Notes: a model not told the origin generated them from the letters alone. Shown: positions 39,014 to 49,520, counted from the stretch's first letter. The stretch: DNA of 64,000 nt from an uncultured Gammaproteobacteria bacterium (GCA_964430295.1 CAYSEV010000002.1:7024-71023); one strand, 5' to 3'. Program-made: numbers and translations.

Positions 39014-39696
39014 AAAAAATTTCCATTATTATTCCGGTCTATAATGAAGAGCATACTATTGCAAAAGCAGTTGATAGTGTATGTGACACTGAACTCCCAG
39101 GTTGGCAGAAGGAAATAATTGTAGTTAATGATGGATCAACAGATAGCACAAAACAGATTCTTGATTCCCTGAAAAGAAATATACGCATCATTTCAAAGGA
39201 GAAAAATGAAGGGAAGGGAAGCGCTCTACAAGAAGGATTTAAAGCTGCGAAAGGGGATATAATCTTAATTCAGGATGCAGATTTGGAATACAGTCCCAAA
39301 GATTATCCTATACTTTTGGCACCGTTTGAAAATGAACAGGTGGATATTGTATATGGCTCCAGATTTTTAGGTGCACATTTATCGACAATGTTTGTTTATG
39401 AACTTGGAAATAAATTTGTGACTCTTATAACAAATATATTATTTAATACAAATATTACCGATATGGAAACAGGGTTTAAAGTGTTTCGAAAATCCGTTCT
39501 GAAGGATATAACTATACGGGCAAAACGATTTGATGTTGAACCGGAAATTACGGCAAAAGTGCTTAAAAAAGGATATCAGATTTATGAAGTCCCGATTTCT
39601 TATTTCGGTAGAACTTTCTCAGACGGGAAAAAACTTACGTGGAGAGATGGTATAGTCGCATTTTGGACCTTAATAAAATATAAGCTATACACATAG
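39010..39696 (+). CDS. GT2 polyprenyl-phosphate glycosyltransferase (DPM/DPG synthase-like)
   Basis: Motifs IPVYNEE, VNDGSTD, GKG.A...GF, IQDADLEY.P, VYGSRF, TDMETG.K and F.VEPEIT.K. Confidence 0.85.
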   Translation: MKKISIIIPVYNEEHTIAKAVDSVCDTELPGWQKEIIVVNDGSTDSTKQILDSLKRNIRIISKEKNEGKGSALQEGFKAAKGDIILIQDADLEYSPKDYPILLAPFENEQVDIVYGSRFLGAHLSTMFVYELGNKFVTLITNILFNTNITDMETGFKVFRKSVLKDITIRAKRFDVEPEITAKVLKKGYQIYEVPISYFGRTFSDGKKLTWRDGIVAFWTLIKYKLYT

Positions 39697-39749
39697 GCAA
39701 AATCAAAAGAGAAAATAGTTTTGCTATATAATGATTGAATTGAATTTTT

Positions 39750-41003
39750 ATGAAAAGAATATTTTCTAAATTTGAGAAAAACCCGCTCGCAAAAAGCGGA
39801 ATGATAGTATTTTTAGGAACATTAGTTACGAACGCATTGGCGTATTTATATCATTTGCTGATGGGTAGGCTCTTAGGTCCTGTGGGGTATGGGGAATTAT
39901 CTTCGCTATTTTCGCTTCTTTATATAATAAACGTTCCTATATTGGTTGGTCAGACAGTACTTATAAAATTTGTTTCATCGTATAAAGCGAATGATGAAAT
40001 AGGAAAGACAAAAGCACTGCTTATCATGGTAACCAAATATTTTATTATGGGTAGCTTGCTACTCCTTCCTCTTGTTTTATATTCGTCACCTTACATAACA
40101 GAATTTCTTCACCTTAAATCGAATGATTTATTTGTATTGGTTTACGGTATGGTTGTGTTTTCTCTTTTGGGAATCGCAATGGCGAGCGTTCTGCAGGGAT
40201 ATCAAATGTTTGTATGGTCCAGTATCCTAAGTGTCTTTTCAATGGTTTTTAGAGTTTCCATCAGTATCCCTATGGCAGGATTGGGAGTATCAGGAGTTAT
40301 GTGGGCAGCTCTGATCTCTGCGTTATTAGTATACATATTATATTTTTATCCGCTGAAATTTCTTCTTCCGGTTCAGTCAAAATCTATAGAAATGAAATTT
40401 TCTGAGGCGCTAACATATACTATTCCGACGTTTATTACATTATTGGGTATAACTTCAATATATTCCACTGATATCATGCTTGTGCGTCATTATTTTAACG
40501 CGTCTGATGCCGGGCTCTACGCAGCTCTCGCAGTATTGGGAAAAATTATTTTTTATGCATCCAGTGCTATCACGACAGTTCTATTTCCAATAATAGCTGA
40601 AAAAACAGCAAGCGGTAAAAAAATGCTGTCAGAAATACGTATGGCCATTGGCATAGTGAGTATGATCTCACTTGCGCTGTGCGTGTTATTTTTTATGTTT
40701 CCCGGGTTTATTGTACGGGCATTATTTGGCAATGCGTATAGTCACGCATCTGGCCTGTTAGGTTTCTTTGGAATTTTTTTGGCAATTTTTTCTGTAGGAA
40801 ACAGCTTGGCAATGTCGTGTTTGGCTGCAGGGAAAACAAAAGTATGGATATTTGCCGCAACAGCATCGATTGTACAAATTATCGGTATAGTATATTCTCA
40901 TGAACATATTATCGAAGTTATTTGGCTAAATATTGCTGTGAGCATACTATTTGCCGTAGGGTCAGGAATATATCTCTACCGTTCAATGTATGAAAAAATT
41001 TAG
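39750..41003 (+). CDS. wzx: Wzx/MATE-like oligosaccharide flippase
   Basis: 417 aa with about 12 TM helices; motifs GRLLGP..YG, D..LVRHYF...AG.YAA and VLFP. Confidence 0.8.
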   Translation: MKRIFSKFEKNPLAKSGMIVFLGTLVTNALAYLYHLLMGRLLGPVGYGELSSLFSLLYIINVPILVGQTVLIKFVSSYKANDEIGKTKALLIMVTKYFIMGSLLLLPLVLYSSPYITEFLHLKSNDLFVLVYGMVVFSLLGIAMASVLQGYQMFVWSSILSVFSMVFRVSISIPMAGLGVSGVMWAALISALLVYILYFYPLKFLLPVQSKSIEMKFSEALTYTIPTFITLLGITSIYSTDIMLVRHYFNASDAGLYAALAVLGKIIFYASSAITTVLFPIIAEKTASGKKMLSEIRMAIGIVSMISLALCVLFFMFPGFIVRALFGNAYSHASGLLGFFGIFLAIFSVGNSLAMSCLAAGKTKVWIFAATASIVQIIGIVYSHEHIIEVIWLNIAVSILFAVGSGIYLYRSMYEKI

Positions 41004-41781
41004 TTTAATCATTCCGGTCTATAAACAGGGCAGCACTATAAAAAAGAATATTGAGGATATTCTGGGTACATTGTCTGTGTTGAATATTCCATTTGAAATT
41101 ATCCCTGTGGTTGATGGTGAATTTGATAATAGCATGATTGAGTTGCGCAAAATAAAAGATGAAAGGGTAAAACCTGTAGGATATAAAACAAATCATGGCA
41201 AAGGATATGCCGTTCGATATGGTTTTTCGCATGCCGATGGTGATGTTATAGGGTTTATGGACGCGGGTGGAGAATTACGATCAAGTGCCCTGCCATATAT
41301 GTTGACTCAATTCGAATTTGAGAAGTGTGATGCTATCATTGGCAGTAAACGCCATCCTAATTCTAGAATTTACTATCCCGTATACCGAAAAATATTTTCA
41401 TGGGTGTATCAAAGATTGGTTCGTGTATTGTTTGGATTAAACATCAGTGATTCTCAGGTGGGAATGAAAATTTACAGCAGAAAGCTTCTTGAGCAGGTGT
41501 TGCCCAGACTGCTCGTAAAACAATTTGCTTTTGATATAGAAATATTAGCCGTATCCTATTATTTGGGGTTCAAAAATATTAAAGAAGCTCCGGTTGAAAT
41601 AGATTTCATATTTGCCACTTCCACGATTGTGTGGAAAAAGATGTTTTACGTAGTATTTAATATGGTCAAAGATACTCTGGCGGTTTTTTATAGACTGCGT
41701 ATTCTTCATTACTATGATGATAGTAGTAAGCGTAAGTGGAGATTTGATCCTGAATTAAATTTCAGGATTAATATTGGATAA
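40990..41781 (+). CDS. GT2 polyprenyl-phosphate glycosyltransferase-like protein
   Basis: Motifs N.GKGYAVRYG, GFMDAG, IGSKRHP.S, SDSQVG.K and FAFDIE.L. Confidence 0.8.
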   Translation: MKKFSLIIPVYKQGSTIKKNIEDILGTLSVLNIPFEIIPVVDGEFDNSMIELRKIKDERVKPVGYKTNHGKGYAVRYGFSHADGDVIGFMDAGGELRSSALPYMLTQFEFEKCDAIIGSKRHPNSRIYYPVYRKIFSWVYQRLVRVLFGLNISDSQVGMKIYSRKLLEQVLPRLLVKQFAFDIEILAVSYYLGFKNIKEAPVEIDFIFATSTIVWKKMFYVVFNMVKDTLAVFYRLRILHYYDDSSKRKWRFDPELNFRINIG

Positions 41782-41783
41782 TC

Positions 41784-42908
41784 ATGAATATACTTCTTTT
41801 AAATTGGCGTGATGTATCGCACCCAAAATCCGGAGGAGCAGAGCTGGTAACAATGGAACATGCGAAAGGGTGGGTAAAAAAAGGCCATTCAGTAACCTGG
41901 GTTACGGCAGGCTATAATAATGCCAAAAAAAATGAAACCGTAGATGGAATCCGATTTGTACGAAGGATGGGCTCATTTTCTATTTATCTATATGTTCCGT
42001 TTTATGTATTATGGAACAGCTTCCAATTCGATGTGATTGTTGATGAAGTACATGGATTTCCTTTTTTTACTCCGCTTGTAACTAGAAAACCGATTGTCGT
42101 ATTTATACATGAAATAGCAGGAGAGATTTGGGATTTTATGTTCCCATTCCCGAAAAATAAAATAGGAAAGCTTCTTGAATATGCGTACTTCCATCTGTAT
42201 ACATCATGCATTTTTTGGACTGATGCCCCTTCCACCGTAAATGAGTTGATCAGTCGCGGCATTCCAAAAAACCGGTGTGTAGCAATACCTTGCCCAATTC
42301 CCAGAATGAATGCTTCCATTCTTGGTTTATTCAAAAAAAAGCCAGTCAAAGAAACGAACCCTACATATCTTTTTGTATCTAGAGTAGTTCGTATGAAAGG
42401 TGTGGAAGAAGTTATAAAGGCGTTTGCCTTCATATATTTGACCGATCCGACTTCTGTATTGTGGATTATCGGCAGTGGAGAAGCAACATATATCACCGAA
42501 CTTAAACAAATGATCTCAGAATACGGATTGACAAATAATGTTGTATTTTGGGGGAGTATTTCTGATACGGATAAATATTCACTCATGAGTAAATCACATA
42601 TTTTGCTTCACGCATCTGTAAAAGAAGGGTGGGGTTTAGTAGTCCTTGAAGCAGCGTATGCAGGTACCCCCTCTGTTGTATACAATGTTGGTGGTCTTCG
42701 GGATGTTGTTAAGCATGGCGAAACCGGAATTGTTGTTGATTCAAATTCTCCGAAAGAGATGGCGGAAAAGGCTATACAGCTATATAAAAATAAAAAACTA
42801 TATGCGAAAATGCAGATTTCAGGAAAAAAATGGGTACAATCTATAACGTGGACAAATGTGATTCAACGAAGTTTAAATATACTCAGGAATAGTATACAAT
42901 TTAGGTAA
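41784..42908 (+). CDS. GT4 glycosyltransferase
   Basis: Motifs NWRD..HP.SGGAE, SR...MKG, S.KEGWGLVVLEA...GTP and GLRD.V..G.TG. Confidence 0.9.
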   Translation: MNILLLNWRDVSHPKSGGAELVTMEHAKGWVKKGHSVTWVTAGYNNAKKNETVDGIRFVRRMGSFSIYLYVPFYVLWNSFQFDVIVDEVHGFPFFTPLVTRKPIVVFIHEIAGEIWDFMFPFPKNKIGKLLEYAYFHLYTSCIFWTDAPSTVNELISRGIPKNRCVAIPCPIPRMNASILGLFKKKPVKETNPTYLFVSRVVRMKGVEEVIKAFAFIYLTDPTSVLWIIGSGEATYITELKQMISEYGLTNNVVFWGSISDTDKYSLMSKSHILLHASVKEGWGLVVLEAAYAGTPSVVYNVGGLRDVVKHGETGIVVDSNSPKEMAEKAIQLYKNKKLYAKMQISGKKWVQSITWTNVIQRSLNILRNSIQFR

Positions 42909-42912
42909 ATAT

Positions 42913-44037
42913 ATGAAACAAACCATAATCCCTTTTGTAGACCTCAAGACTCAATATATCGCACTGAAAAATGATATGGATTCTGCGATGCTTTCTGTGG
43001 TTGAAAACACCAGATTTATACAGGGAAGTGATGTACGCGATTTTGAGAATAATTTTTCCCAGTACCTTGGTGCGAAACACTGTATTGGAGTGAATTCAGG
43101 AACTGATGCACTTATACTTGGAATTCATGCCTTGGGTTTACAACAAGGGGATGAGGTTATAGTTCCTGTAAACACATTTATTGCAACAGCTTTAGGTGTT
43201 ACTGAAAACAACTTGAAACCTGTATTTGTTGATTCTGAAGAGAATGGGTACGGTATCTCTCTACAGGACCTGAAAAAAAAGATAACAAAGAAAACAAAAG
43301 CAATCATTGTGGTTCATTTATATGGAAGACCGGATAAATTGGATGAAATTGCACAAATCATAAAAGAATCAGGTCAACATATACACCTCATTGAGGATGC
43401 ATGCCAGGCTCATGGAGCAATCTATAAAGATAAAAGAGTTGGCACGTTTGGGATTTTTAGTGCCTTCTCTTTTTATCCGGGGAAAAACCTGGGAGCATAC
43501 GGTGATGGAGGTGCAATAGTCACGAATGATGACATTTTGGCACAAAAGTACCGTATGGCAAGGGAATATGGACAGAAAATCAAATATGTACATGAATCTC
43601 TTGGAGTAAATTCCAGACTTGATACAATTCAGGCAGCAGTGCTGAATGTTAAACTGCCACATCTAGACGAATGGAATACAAAGCGAAGAACTCTTGCATC
43701 ATATTATACTAAAGCCTTACAAAAGAACATTTCCGCAGTGAAAACTCCTTCAGATTCTCCTGATAGATCATCTGTATTTCATTTATATGTCATAGAAGTG
43801 GAGGATCGTGATAGCGTTCTGGAATATTTAAATTCAAATGGAATTCAGGCACTTATACACTATCCGGTCCCGTTGCATGTTCAAAAAGCCTTCTCATATC
43901 TGAATTATAAAACAGGTGATTTCCCGAATGCTGAAAAAAGCTCGGAACGTATACTTTCACTGCCATTATTCCCCGAGCTTCGCACGGATCAGATAGATAC
44001 AATCGTTTCTACACTATCAAAATTTTATGCAAGCTGA
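42913..44037 (+). CDS. DegT/DnrJ/EryC1/StrS PLP-dependent NDP-sugar aminotransferase (WbpE/FdtB/GnnB-like)
   Basis: Motifs IPFVDL, NSGTDAL, EDACQAHG, FSFYPGKNLGAYGDGG (catalytic Lys present), NSRLD..QAA and IHYP.P.H. Confidence 0.9.
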   Translation: MKQTIIPFVDLKTQYIALKNDMDSAMLSVVENTRFIQGSDVRDFENNFSQYLGAKHCIGVNSGTDALILGIHALGLQQGDEVIVPVNTFIATALGVTENNLKPVFVDSEENGYGISLQDLKKKITKKTKAIIVVHLYGRPDKLDEIAQIIKESGQHIHLIEDACQAHGAIYKDKRVGTFGIFSAFSFYPGKNLGAYGDGGAIVTNDDILAQKYRMAREYGQKIKYVHESLGVNSRLDTIQAAVLNVKLPHLDEWNTKRRTLASYYTKALQKNISAVKTPSDSPDRSSVFHLYVIEVEDRDSVLEYLNSNGIQALIHYPVPLHVQKAFSYLNYKTGDFPNAEKSSERILSLPLFPELRTDQIDTIVSTLSKFYAS

Positions 44038-44503
44038 TTTATTCCAAATCATTCGTGAATGCAAAATAGGTAAACGCACCAAAATGTGGGGATTTATTAA
44101 TCTGTATGGGTGTGAGATAGGTGATGATTGCCTGATTGGCACATTCGTTGAGATTCAAAATAACGTAAAAATAGGCAACAAAGTACGGGTGCAATCTCAT
44201 TCTTTTATATGCAGCGGTGTCAGTATTGAAGACGATGTTTTCATAGGACACCATGTGGTATTTATAAATGACAATTATCCGCATGCCGTAAATGCAAAAG
44301 GGGATCCCATTACACAGGATGATTGGGAATTACGGCCTGTTCAAATTAAAAAAGGAGCTACAATAGGATCAAATGCAACAATTTTGGGTGGTATAACTAT
44401 TGGTGAATATGCAATGGTTGGTGCCGGAAGTGTTGTAACAAAAGACGTTCCTGCGCATGCAGTTGTGTATGGAAATCCTGCAAAGATTAAGGAAAAAAAC
44501 TAA
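44027..44503 (+). CDS. Hexapeptide-repeat NDP-sugar N-acetyltransferase (WbpD/WxcM-like)
   Basis: Left-handed beta-helix repeats; motifs FIND.YP and GA.IG.NATIL.G.TIG..AMVGAGSVVTKDVP. Confidence 0.85.
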   Translation: MQADLFQIIRECKIGKRTKMWGFINLYGCEIGDDCLIGTFVEIQNNVKIGNKVRVQSHSFICSGVSIEDDVFIGHHVVFINDNYPHAVNAKGDPITQDDWELRPVQIKKGATIGSNATILGGITIGEYAMVGAGSVVTKDVPAHAVVYGNPAKIKEKN

Positions 44504-44504
44504 T

Positions 44505-45524
44505 ATGAAACACATTGGTATAGTCGGTTGGGGTTACTGGGGGAGGAATTACGCAAAATATTTTGATGCATACCTTGGTGCTGTATTGTCGCATGTATGT
44601 GATCTTCGACAGGATATGTTGGATGATGCAAAAAAACTATATCCTCATTTCATAACAACAACAAAGCTTCAGGATCTGATTGATGCCAAATTAGATGGGG
44701 TGATTATTGCCTCTCCTGCCAGTGCTCATTTCCCGATTGCGAAAGTCTTCCTGGAGGCGGGTATCCCCTTGCTGATAGAAAAACCACTGACAAATTCCAC
44801 GGAAACCTCTAAAGAACTTATGAAAATAGCTAAAAAAAATAAAACAAAAATATTGGTTGGTCATACGTTTATATATAATCAATCAGTGCGTTTTCTAAAA
44901 AACGAAATAGATGCAAACCGATTCGGAAAAATATATTATCTGGAGTTCCGTCGCCAAAGTTATGGTCCTGTCAGGGACGATGTGAATGTTATTTGGGATT
45001 TTGCTCCGCATGATGTTGCCATAGCACAGTATCTACTCGGAGGTATCTCTCCGATTTCTGTATCTGTCCAGAGTGGTATCTTTTCCCGACATAACAAAGA
45101 GGATATGGCGGTCATCGTATTGAAATATCCGGGTAATATTATGGTAAATATAAATGTCGGTTGGTTATATCCTATTAAAATACGTTCAGTCACACTATTG
45201 GGAGATAAACAAATGGCCGTTTTTGAAGATACAAATACAGCAGCTCCCATAAGTATTTACGATACAAGTCTTACTTATCCTAAAGAAGAAGATCCTTCAG
45301 GTGCATCTTTTCGGTTGGGGGAAATACGAATCCCCAGAATTCAGTCTGTAGATCCGCTTAAAACACAACTTCAGCATTTTATGGCGTACTTAGACGGAAA
45401 TGAAAATCCTCTGACACCAGTTGAAGATGGACTCACTATTGTGTCTATTCTTGAAGCGATGCAGGAATCTGTTAAAACAGGTAAGACGATAGATATGAAC
45501 GAATGGTTTGCTCATCATTCATAA
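44505..45524 (+). CDS. Gfo/Idh/MocA NAD-dependent oxidoreductase (WbpB/GnnA-like NDP-sugar 3-dehydrogenase)
   Basis: Start at ATG 44505. Motifs G.GYWG.N, LIEKPL, VGH.F.YN and WDFAPHD. Confidence 0.85.
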   Translation: MKHIGIVGWGYWGRNYAKYFDAYLGAVLSHVCDLRQDMLDDAKKLYPHFITTTKLQDLIDAKLDGVIIASPASAHFPIAKVFLEAGIPLLIEKPLTNSTETSKELMKIAKKNKTKILVGHTFIYNQSVRFLKNEIDANRFGKIYYLEFRRQSYGPVRDDVNVIWDFAPHDVAIAQYLLGGISPISVSVQSGIFSRHNKEDMAVIVLKYPGNIMVNINVGWLYPIKIRSVTLLGDKQMAVFEDTNTAAPISIYDTSLTYPKEEDPSGASFRLGEIRIPRIQSVDPLKTQLQHFMAYLDGNENPLTPVEDGLTIVSILEAMQESVKTGKTIDMNEWFAHHS

Positions 45525-46516
45525 TGAAACCTCCGATTCTGACTATAGTTACTCCGGTATATAATGCCGCCAAAGATCTTCCGAGATTTTTTTCTTCATT
45601 GAAAGAACAAACCTTGAAACGGTCAGATTATGAAATACTAATCATTGATGGAGGATCAACTGATTCAACAATTGAGATTTCACGGAACGCCAGAGCTCGA
45701 ATAATTCACAATCCTAAAAAATTAGCAGAACCGGGTGTTTCATTGGGTATACAGAATGCAAAATCAGATCTGATTATGGTTTTGGCGGTGGATAATATTT
45801 TTAAGCAATCAAATGCCTTAGAAACAATGTTAACAATTCTTCAAAATCCAAATATATCTGCTGTTTTTCCGAAACATGAATCTGCACCTGATGATTCCAT
45901 CTTTTCCAAGTACTTCAACACGTTTACAGACCCGTATACACATTTTGTGTATGGTTCAGCTTCAAACGGCAGAACATTTTCAAAGATCTATGCAACAAAA
46001 ATACACAATGAAACATATGATATTTTTGATTTTTCATCGTCAGATGTTTACCCACTCATTGCACTGGCACAGGGATTTTGCATCAAAAAAAAGGATTTAC
46101 CAAAACGGACAGATAGTGGAAATGATGATGTGCTGACAGTATATTCACTGTTGGATAAGGGGAAAAATATTGCGTTTGCACATAGTGTTTCACTGTTCCA
46201 TTTTACTATCCGGGATCTGGGAGATTTTATGAGAAAACAGAAACGGGCAGTAGAAAATGCGTTAGTTCGAAGAAACTCAGGTATCTACCAGCGGAAAAAA
46301 TATTTGACACGATATCAAAAACTGAAACAGTTGCTTTTTGTTCCATACGCAATCACAATTGTTGCTCCGACGATTAACTCAATTTATAATGCGGTAGTAA
46401 GCGGTAATGTAATATGGTTATTTCATGTTCCTATATCGTTTTTATCCGCTTGTGCGATCGTTTTTACAGTAGTGGAACTAAACATACATAAATTTTTTTA
46501 TGATAAAACTCATTAA
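45524..46516 (+). CDS. GT2 glycosyltransferase with C-terminal membrane segments
   Basis: Start at ATG 45524 (TAATG overlap). Motifs TPVYN, IDGGSTD.T and IIHNP...EP; paralog of 54362. Confidence 0.8.
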   Translation: MKPPILTIVTPVYNAAKDLPRFFSSLKEQTLKRSDYEILIIDGGSTDSTIEISRNARARIIHNPKKLAEPGVSLGIQNAKSDLIMVLAVDNIFKQSNALETMLTILQNPNISAVFPKHESAPDDSIFSKYFNTFTDPYTHFVYGSASNGRTFSKIYATKIHNETYDIFDFSSSDVYPLIALAQGFCIKKKDLPKRTDSGNDDVLTVYSLLDKGKNIAFAHSVSLFHFTIRDLGDFMRKQKRAVENALVRRNSGIYQRKKYLTRYQKLKQLLFVPYAITIVAPTINSIYNAVVSGNVIWLFHVPISFLSACAIVFTVVELNIHKFFYDKTH

Positions 46517-47675
46517 ATCAACGTTCTTAGATGAAAAAAAGACTAAAAAAGCATTATGTGCTTTTATTACGAAGGCGGATACCCTTAGTATTGGAAAGGA
46601 ATGCAGGCTTTTTGAACATAATTTTGCTTCATGGCAAGAATCGAAGCACTGTATTTTTTTAAACAGTGGAAGTAGTGCAAATCTTGCCGTTATACAGGCA
46701 TTGTTGAACTTAGGGAGAATTCAAAAAGGCGACAATATAGGGTTTTCGGCACTTACATGGTCCACAAACGTAATGCCATTAATCCAATTAGGGTTAAACC
46801 CGATTCCCATAGATTGTGAACTCGATACGCTAAATGTGTCTTCCAGAACACTTACCACTGTGCTTAAGAAAACAAATATAAAAATGCTTTTTTTGACCAA
46901 TTTGCTTGGGTTTTGTGATGATATAGATGAGATAGCACGTATTTGCGATGAGGAGAAAATTCTTTTAGTTGAAGATAACTGTGAATCTTTAGGTACAGTC
47001 TATAAAGGTAAAAAACTGGGAAATTACGGATTAGCAAGTACGTTTTCGTTTTATGTGGGACATCATATGTCTACAATTGAAGGCGGAGCAATCTGCACAA
47101 ATGACACAGAATTGGAAACAATGATCCAATTGGTTCGTGCTCATGGTTGGGATCGTAACCTTACCGAAGATAAACAGCTTTCCATACGCACAAAACACCA
47201 TGTTAATGAAACATTCTATTCCAGATATACATTTTATGATTTGGGATACAATCTTCGAACAATGGAAATACAGGGATTTATCGGTAACACTCAGATTAAA
47301 TATCTGCCCATTATTATAGAAAAGAGGCAGGATAATTTCATGACGTTAGCCCGGCAGATTTATAAGAAAACCGATCTGTATTATCCGCTGCGATATACCC
47401 ACATTGACACAGTTTCCAATTTTGCAGTTCCGATTATTTGCAGATCACAAAAAATTCGAGATGAACTGGTCAAGAAATGTGATGGTTTAGTTGAAATCCG
47501 GCCTATTGTAGGTGGAGATATGACCAAGCAGCCATTCTATAGTAAATATATACAATCAAAAAAAGCTCCCTCAACCGTGAATGCCCATATAGCACATGAG
47601 CAGGGACTCTATTTTGGAAATAATCCTGAATTAACCAAAAAAGATTTGCGCACACTCCTTTCTATCTTTTCATGA
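46500..47675 (+). CDS. colD: ColD-like GDP-4-keto-6-deoxy-D-mannose 3-dehydratase (DegT family with His at the catalytic Lys position)
   Basis: 391 aa. Motifs NSGSSANL, EDNCESLG, FSFYVGHHMSTIEGG, RAHGW.R, GYNLR and RPIV.G. Confidence 0.65.
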   Translation: MIKLIKSTFLDEKKTKKALCAFITKADTLSIGKECRLFEHNFASWQESKHCIFLNSGSSANLAVIQALLNLGRIQKGDNIGFSALTWSTNVMPLIQLGLNPIPIDCELDTLNVSSRTLTTVLKKTNIKMLFLTNLLGFCDDIDEIARICDEEKILLVEDNCESLGTVYKGKKLGNYGLASTFSFYVGHHMSTIEGGAICTNDTELETMIQLVRAHGWDRNLTEDKQLSIRTKHHVNETFYSRYTFYDLGYNLRTMEIQGFIGNTQIKYLPIIIEKRQDNFMTLARQIYKKTDLYYPLRYTHIDTVSNFAVPIICRSQKIRDELVKKCDGLVEIRPIVGGDMTKQPFYSKYIQSKKAPSTVNAHIAHEQGLYFGNNPELTKKDLRTLLSIFS

Positions 47676-47688
47676 TAGAAACGTATTT

Positions 47689-48735
47689 ATGAAAGATTCT
47701 TTGGTTTCAATTATCATAGTAAATTGGAACGGTCTGCGCTGGCTTCCTGAGTGTTTTTCATCTTTATACGCACAAGAGTATAAGAATTTTGAAATTATAT
47801 TCGTTGATAACGCTTCCCACGACGAATCTGTAGTGTGGGTAAAAAAACATTTTCCTAAAACAAGAATAATTATAAACAGTCAAAATCTTGGGTTTGCAGA
47901 GGCCAATAATGTAGGATACAGAGAATCCAGGGGTGAATATGTGCTTTTTCTCAATAATGACACTCGGGTGACAAAAACGTTTCTTAAAGAATTATTAGCC
48001 AAATTCAAAGATCTCACAATTGGCGGTGCTCAAAGTAAAATTTTGCTTATGGATCATCCTGATACGCATGACAGTGTCGGCGCCTATATGACACCTACCG
48101 GATTTTTATATCATTTGGGTTTTGGGAAAAAAGATTCCCCTGTATATGACAAAGATATTGAGCTCTATACCGCAAAGGGTGCGTGTATGATCTTTAGAAG
48201 CAGTGTCCTAAAAAAGATCGAATATAATGGTTGGGTGCTGGATCCTGCTTATTTTGCATATTTTGAAGAATCTGATATGTGCCATAGAGTTTGGTTATCA
48301 GGATCGAGGATAGTGTATGCGCATAAATCCGTGATTTACCATAAAATGGGTGCTACAAGTAGTAGCATGAATAATGCCTTTATTCAGTATCATTCATTTA
48401 AAAATAGAATAAATTCATATCTTAAAAATATGGAAATGAAATGGTTAATACTGTATATCCCTATTCACATTCTTTTGGTGTTATGTTTTGCGGTATTTTC
48501 ACTTTTTCAAAAAAAATGGCAGTTGGGTATGGCAATTTTTAAGGCAATATGGTGGAATATTCGCACACTTCCAAGAACAGTTTGTCTGAGAACATATATA
48601 CAAAATAACATCCGTATTATTTCAGATGATACACTGCGACCAAAAATATTTAGGTCACCGGGGTTTGACTATTATAGACATCTGATTTCAGGAACTCTGG
48701 TTGAATATAAAGAAAATCCTGATATGATAGTCTGA
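47689..48735 (+). CDS. GT2 glycosyltransferase (WbbL-like group)
   Basis: Motifs IVNWNG, VDNAS.D.S, NLGFA.ANN, LNNDT and YFEESD.C.R. Confidence 0.85.
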   Translation: MKDSLVSIIIVNWNGLRWLPECFSSLYAQEYKNFEIIFVDNASHDESVVWVKKHFPKTRIIINSQNLGFAEANNVGYRESRGEYVLFLNNDTRVTKTFLKELLAKFKDLTIGGAQSKILLMDHPDTHDSVGAYMTPTGFLYHLGFGKKDSPVYDKDIELYTAKGACMIFRSSVLKKIEYNGWVLDPAYFAYFEESDMCHRVWLSGSRIVYAHKSVIYHKMGATSSSMNNAFIQYHSFKNRINSYLKNMEMKWLILYIPIHILLVLCFAVFSLFQKKWQLGMAIFKAIWWNIRTLPRTVCLRTYIQNNIRIISDDTLRPKIFRSPGFDYYRHLISGTLVEYKENPDMIV

Positions 48736-48736
48736 T

Positions 48737-49519
48737 ATGAAATCCTCGGATCTGTCTATATTATTTATTTCATGCGATAAATATAGTGATTTATGGAAGC
48801 CATTATTTCAATGTGTGGATGAACAGTGGCCAGATTGTCCGTACCCCATGTATCTAGGAAGTAACACTAAGAAATTTATTCACAAAAAACTCAAAACAGT
48901 ATTAAGTGGTCCAGATAGTGATTGGTCTTCGAGTCTTAAACGACAGTTATCTCAATTATCATCGACGTATGTATTTCTGTGGCTCGACGATATGTTTCCG
49001 ATAGAAAAAATAGATACACAACAATTTACTGAGATAGTCGAGTTCATGAAAAAAACATCAGCCAGGCATATACACATGGTTCCAAACCCTTCACCGGATA
49101 GGACCGTTGAGCAGGGAACATATGGTATGTACGAAAAAGGTGCGCCATATAGGGCTACAGCGCTTGGTTTTTGGAATGTAGAATATTTGAAGTCAATCCT
49201 GATAGATGGTGAAAACCCCTGGAATTTTGAAATATTAGGGTCGTATAGGACGAGATATAGTGACGGTTTTTATTGTCTAATGAAACCATTATTTAACAGG
49301 TTGCATGTGGTGGAAAAAGGGAAAATTTTTTCTGAGGCTGCTGATTATTGTCGTACTCATTCAATACCGCTTGACATACAGAGCCGTAAAATTCTTCAAA
49401 GTGGTAATTTTGTTAAAAGCGAATTGCAGAAATTATATTTTAATACCATTATAAAAATACCATGGAAATACAGAGTAAGAGCCATGAATACGCTTAGAAA
49501 ACTGTTTATCAGCTACTAA
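48737..49519 (+). CDS. Uncharacterised protein, probable GT-A-fold glycosyltransferase
   Basis: Motifs SCD.Y.DLW, WS..L, YVFLWLDDMF (DD motif), FW...YL and ENPW.FE; lies inside the sugar operon. Confidence 0.5.
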   Translation: MKSSDLSILFISCDKYSDLWKPLFQCVDEQWPDCPYPMYLGSNTKKFIHKKLKTVLSGPDSDWSSSLKRQLSQLSSTYVFLWLDDMFPIEKIDTQQFTEIVEFMKKTSARHIHMVPNPSPDRTVEQGTYGMYEKGAPYRATALGFWNVEYLKSILIDGENPWNFEILGSYRTRYSDGFYCLMKPLFNRLHVVEKGKIFSEAADYCRTHSIPLDIQSRKILQSGNFVKSELQKLYFNTIIKIPWKYRVRAMNTLRKLFISY

Positions 49520-49520
49520 A

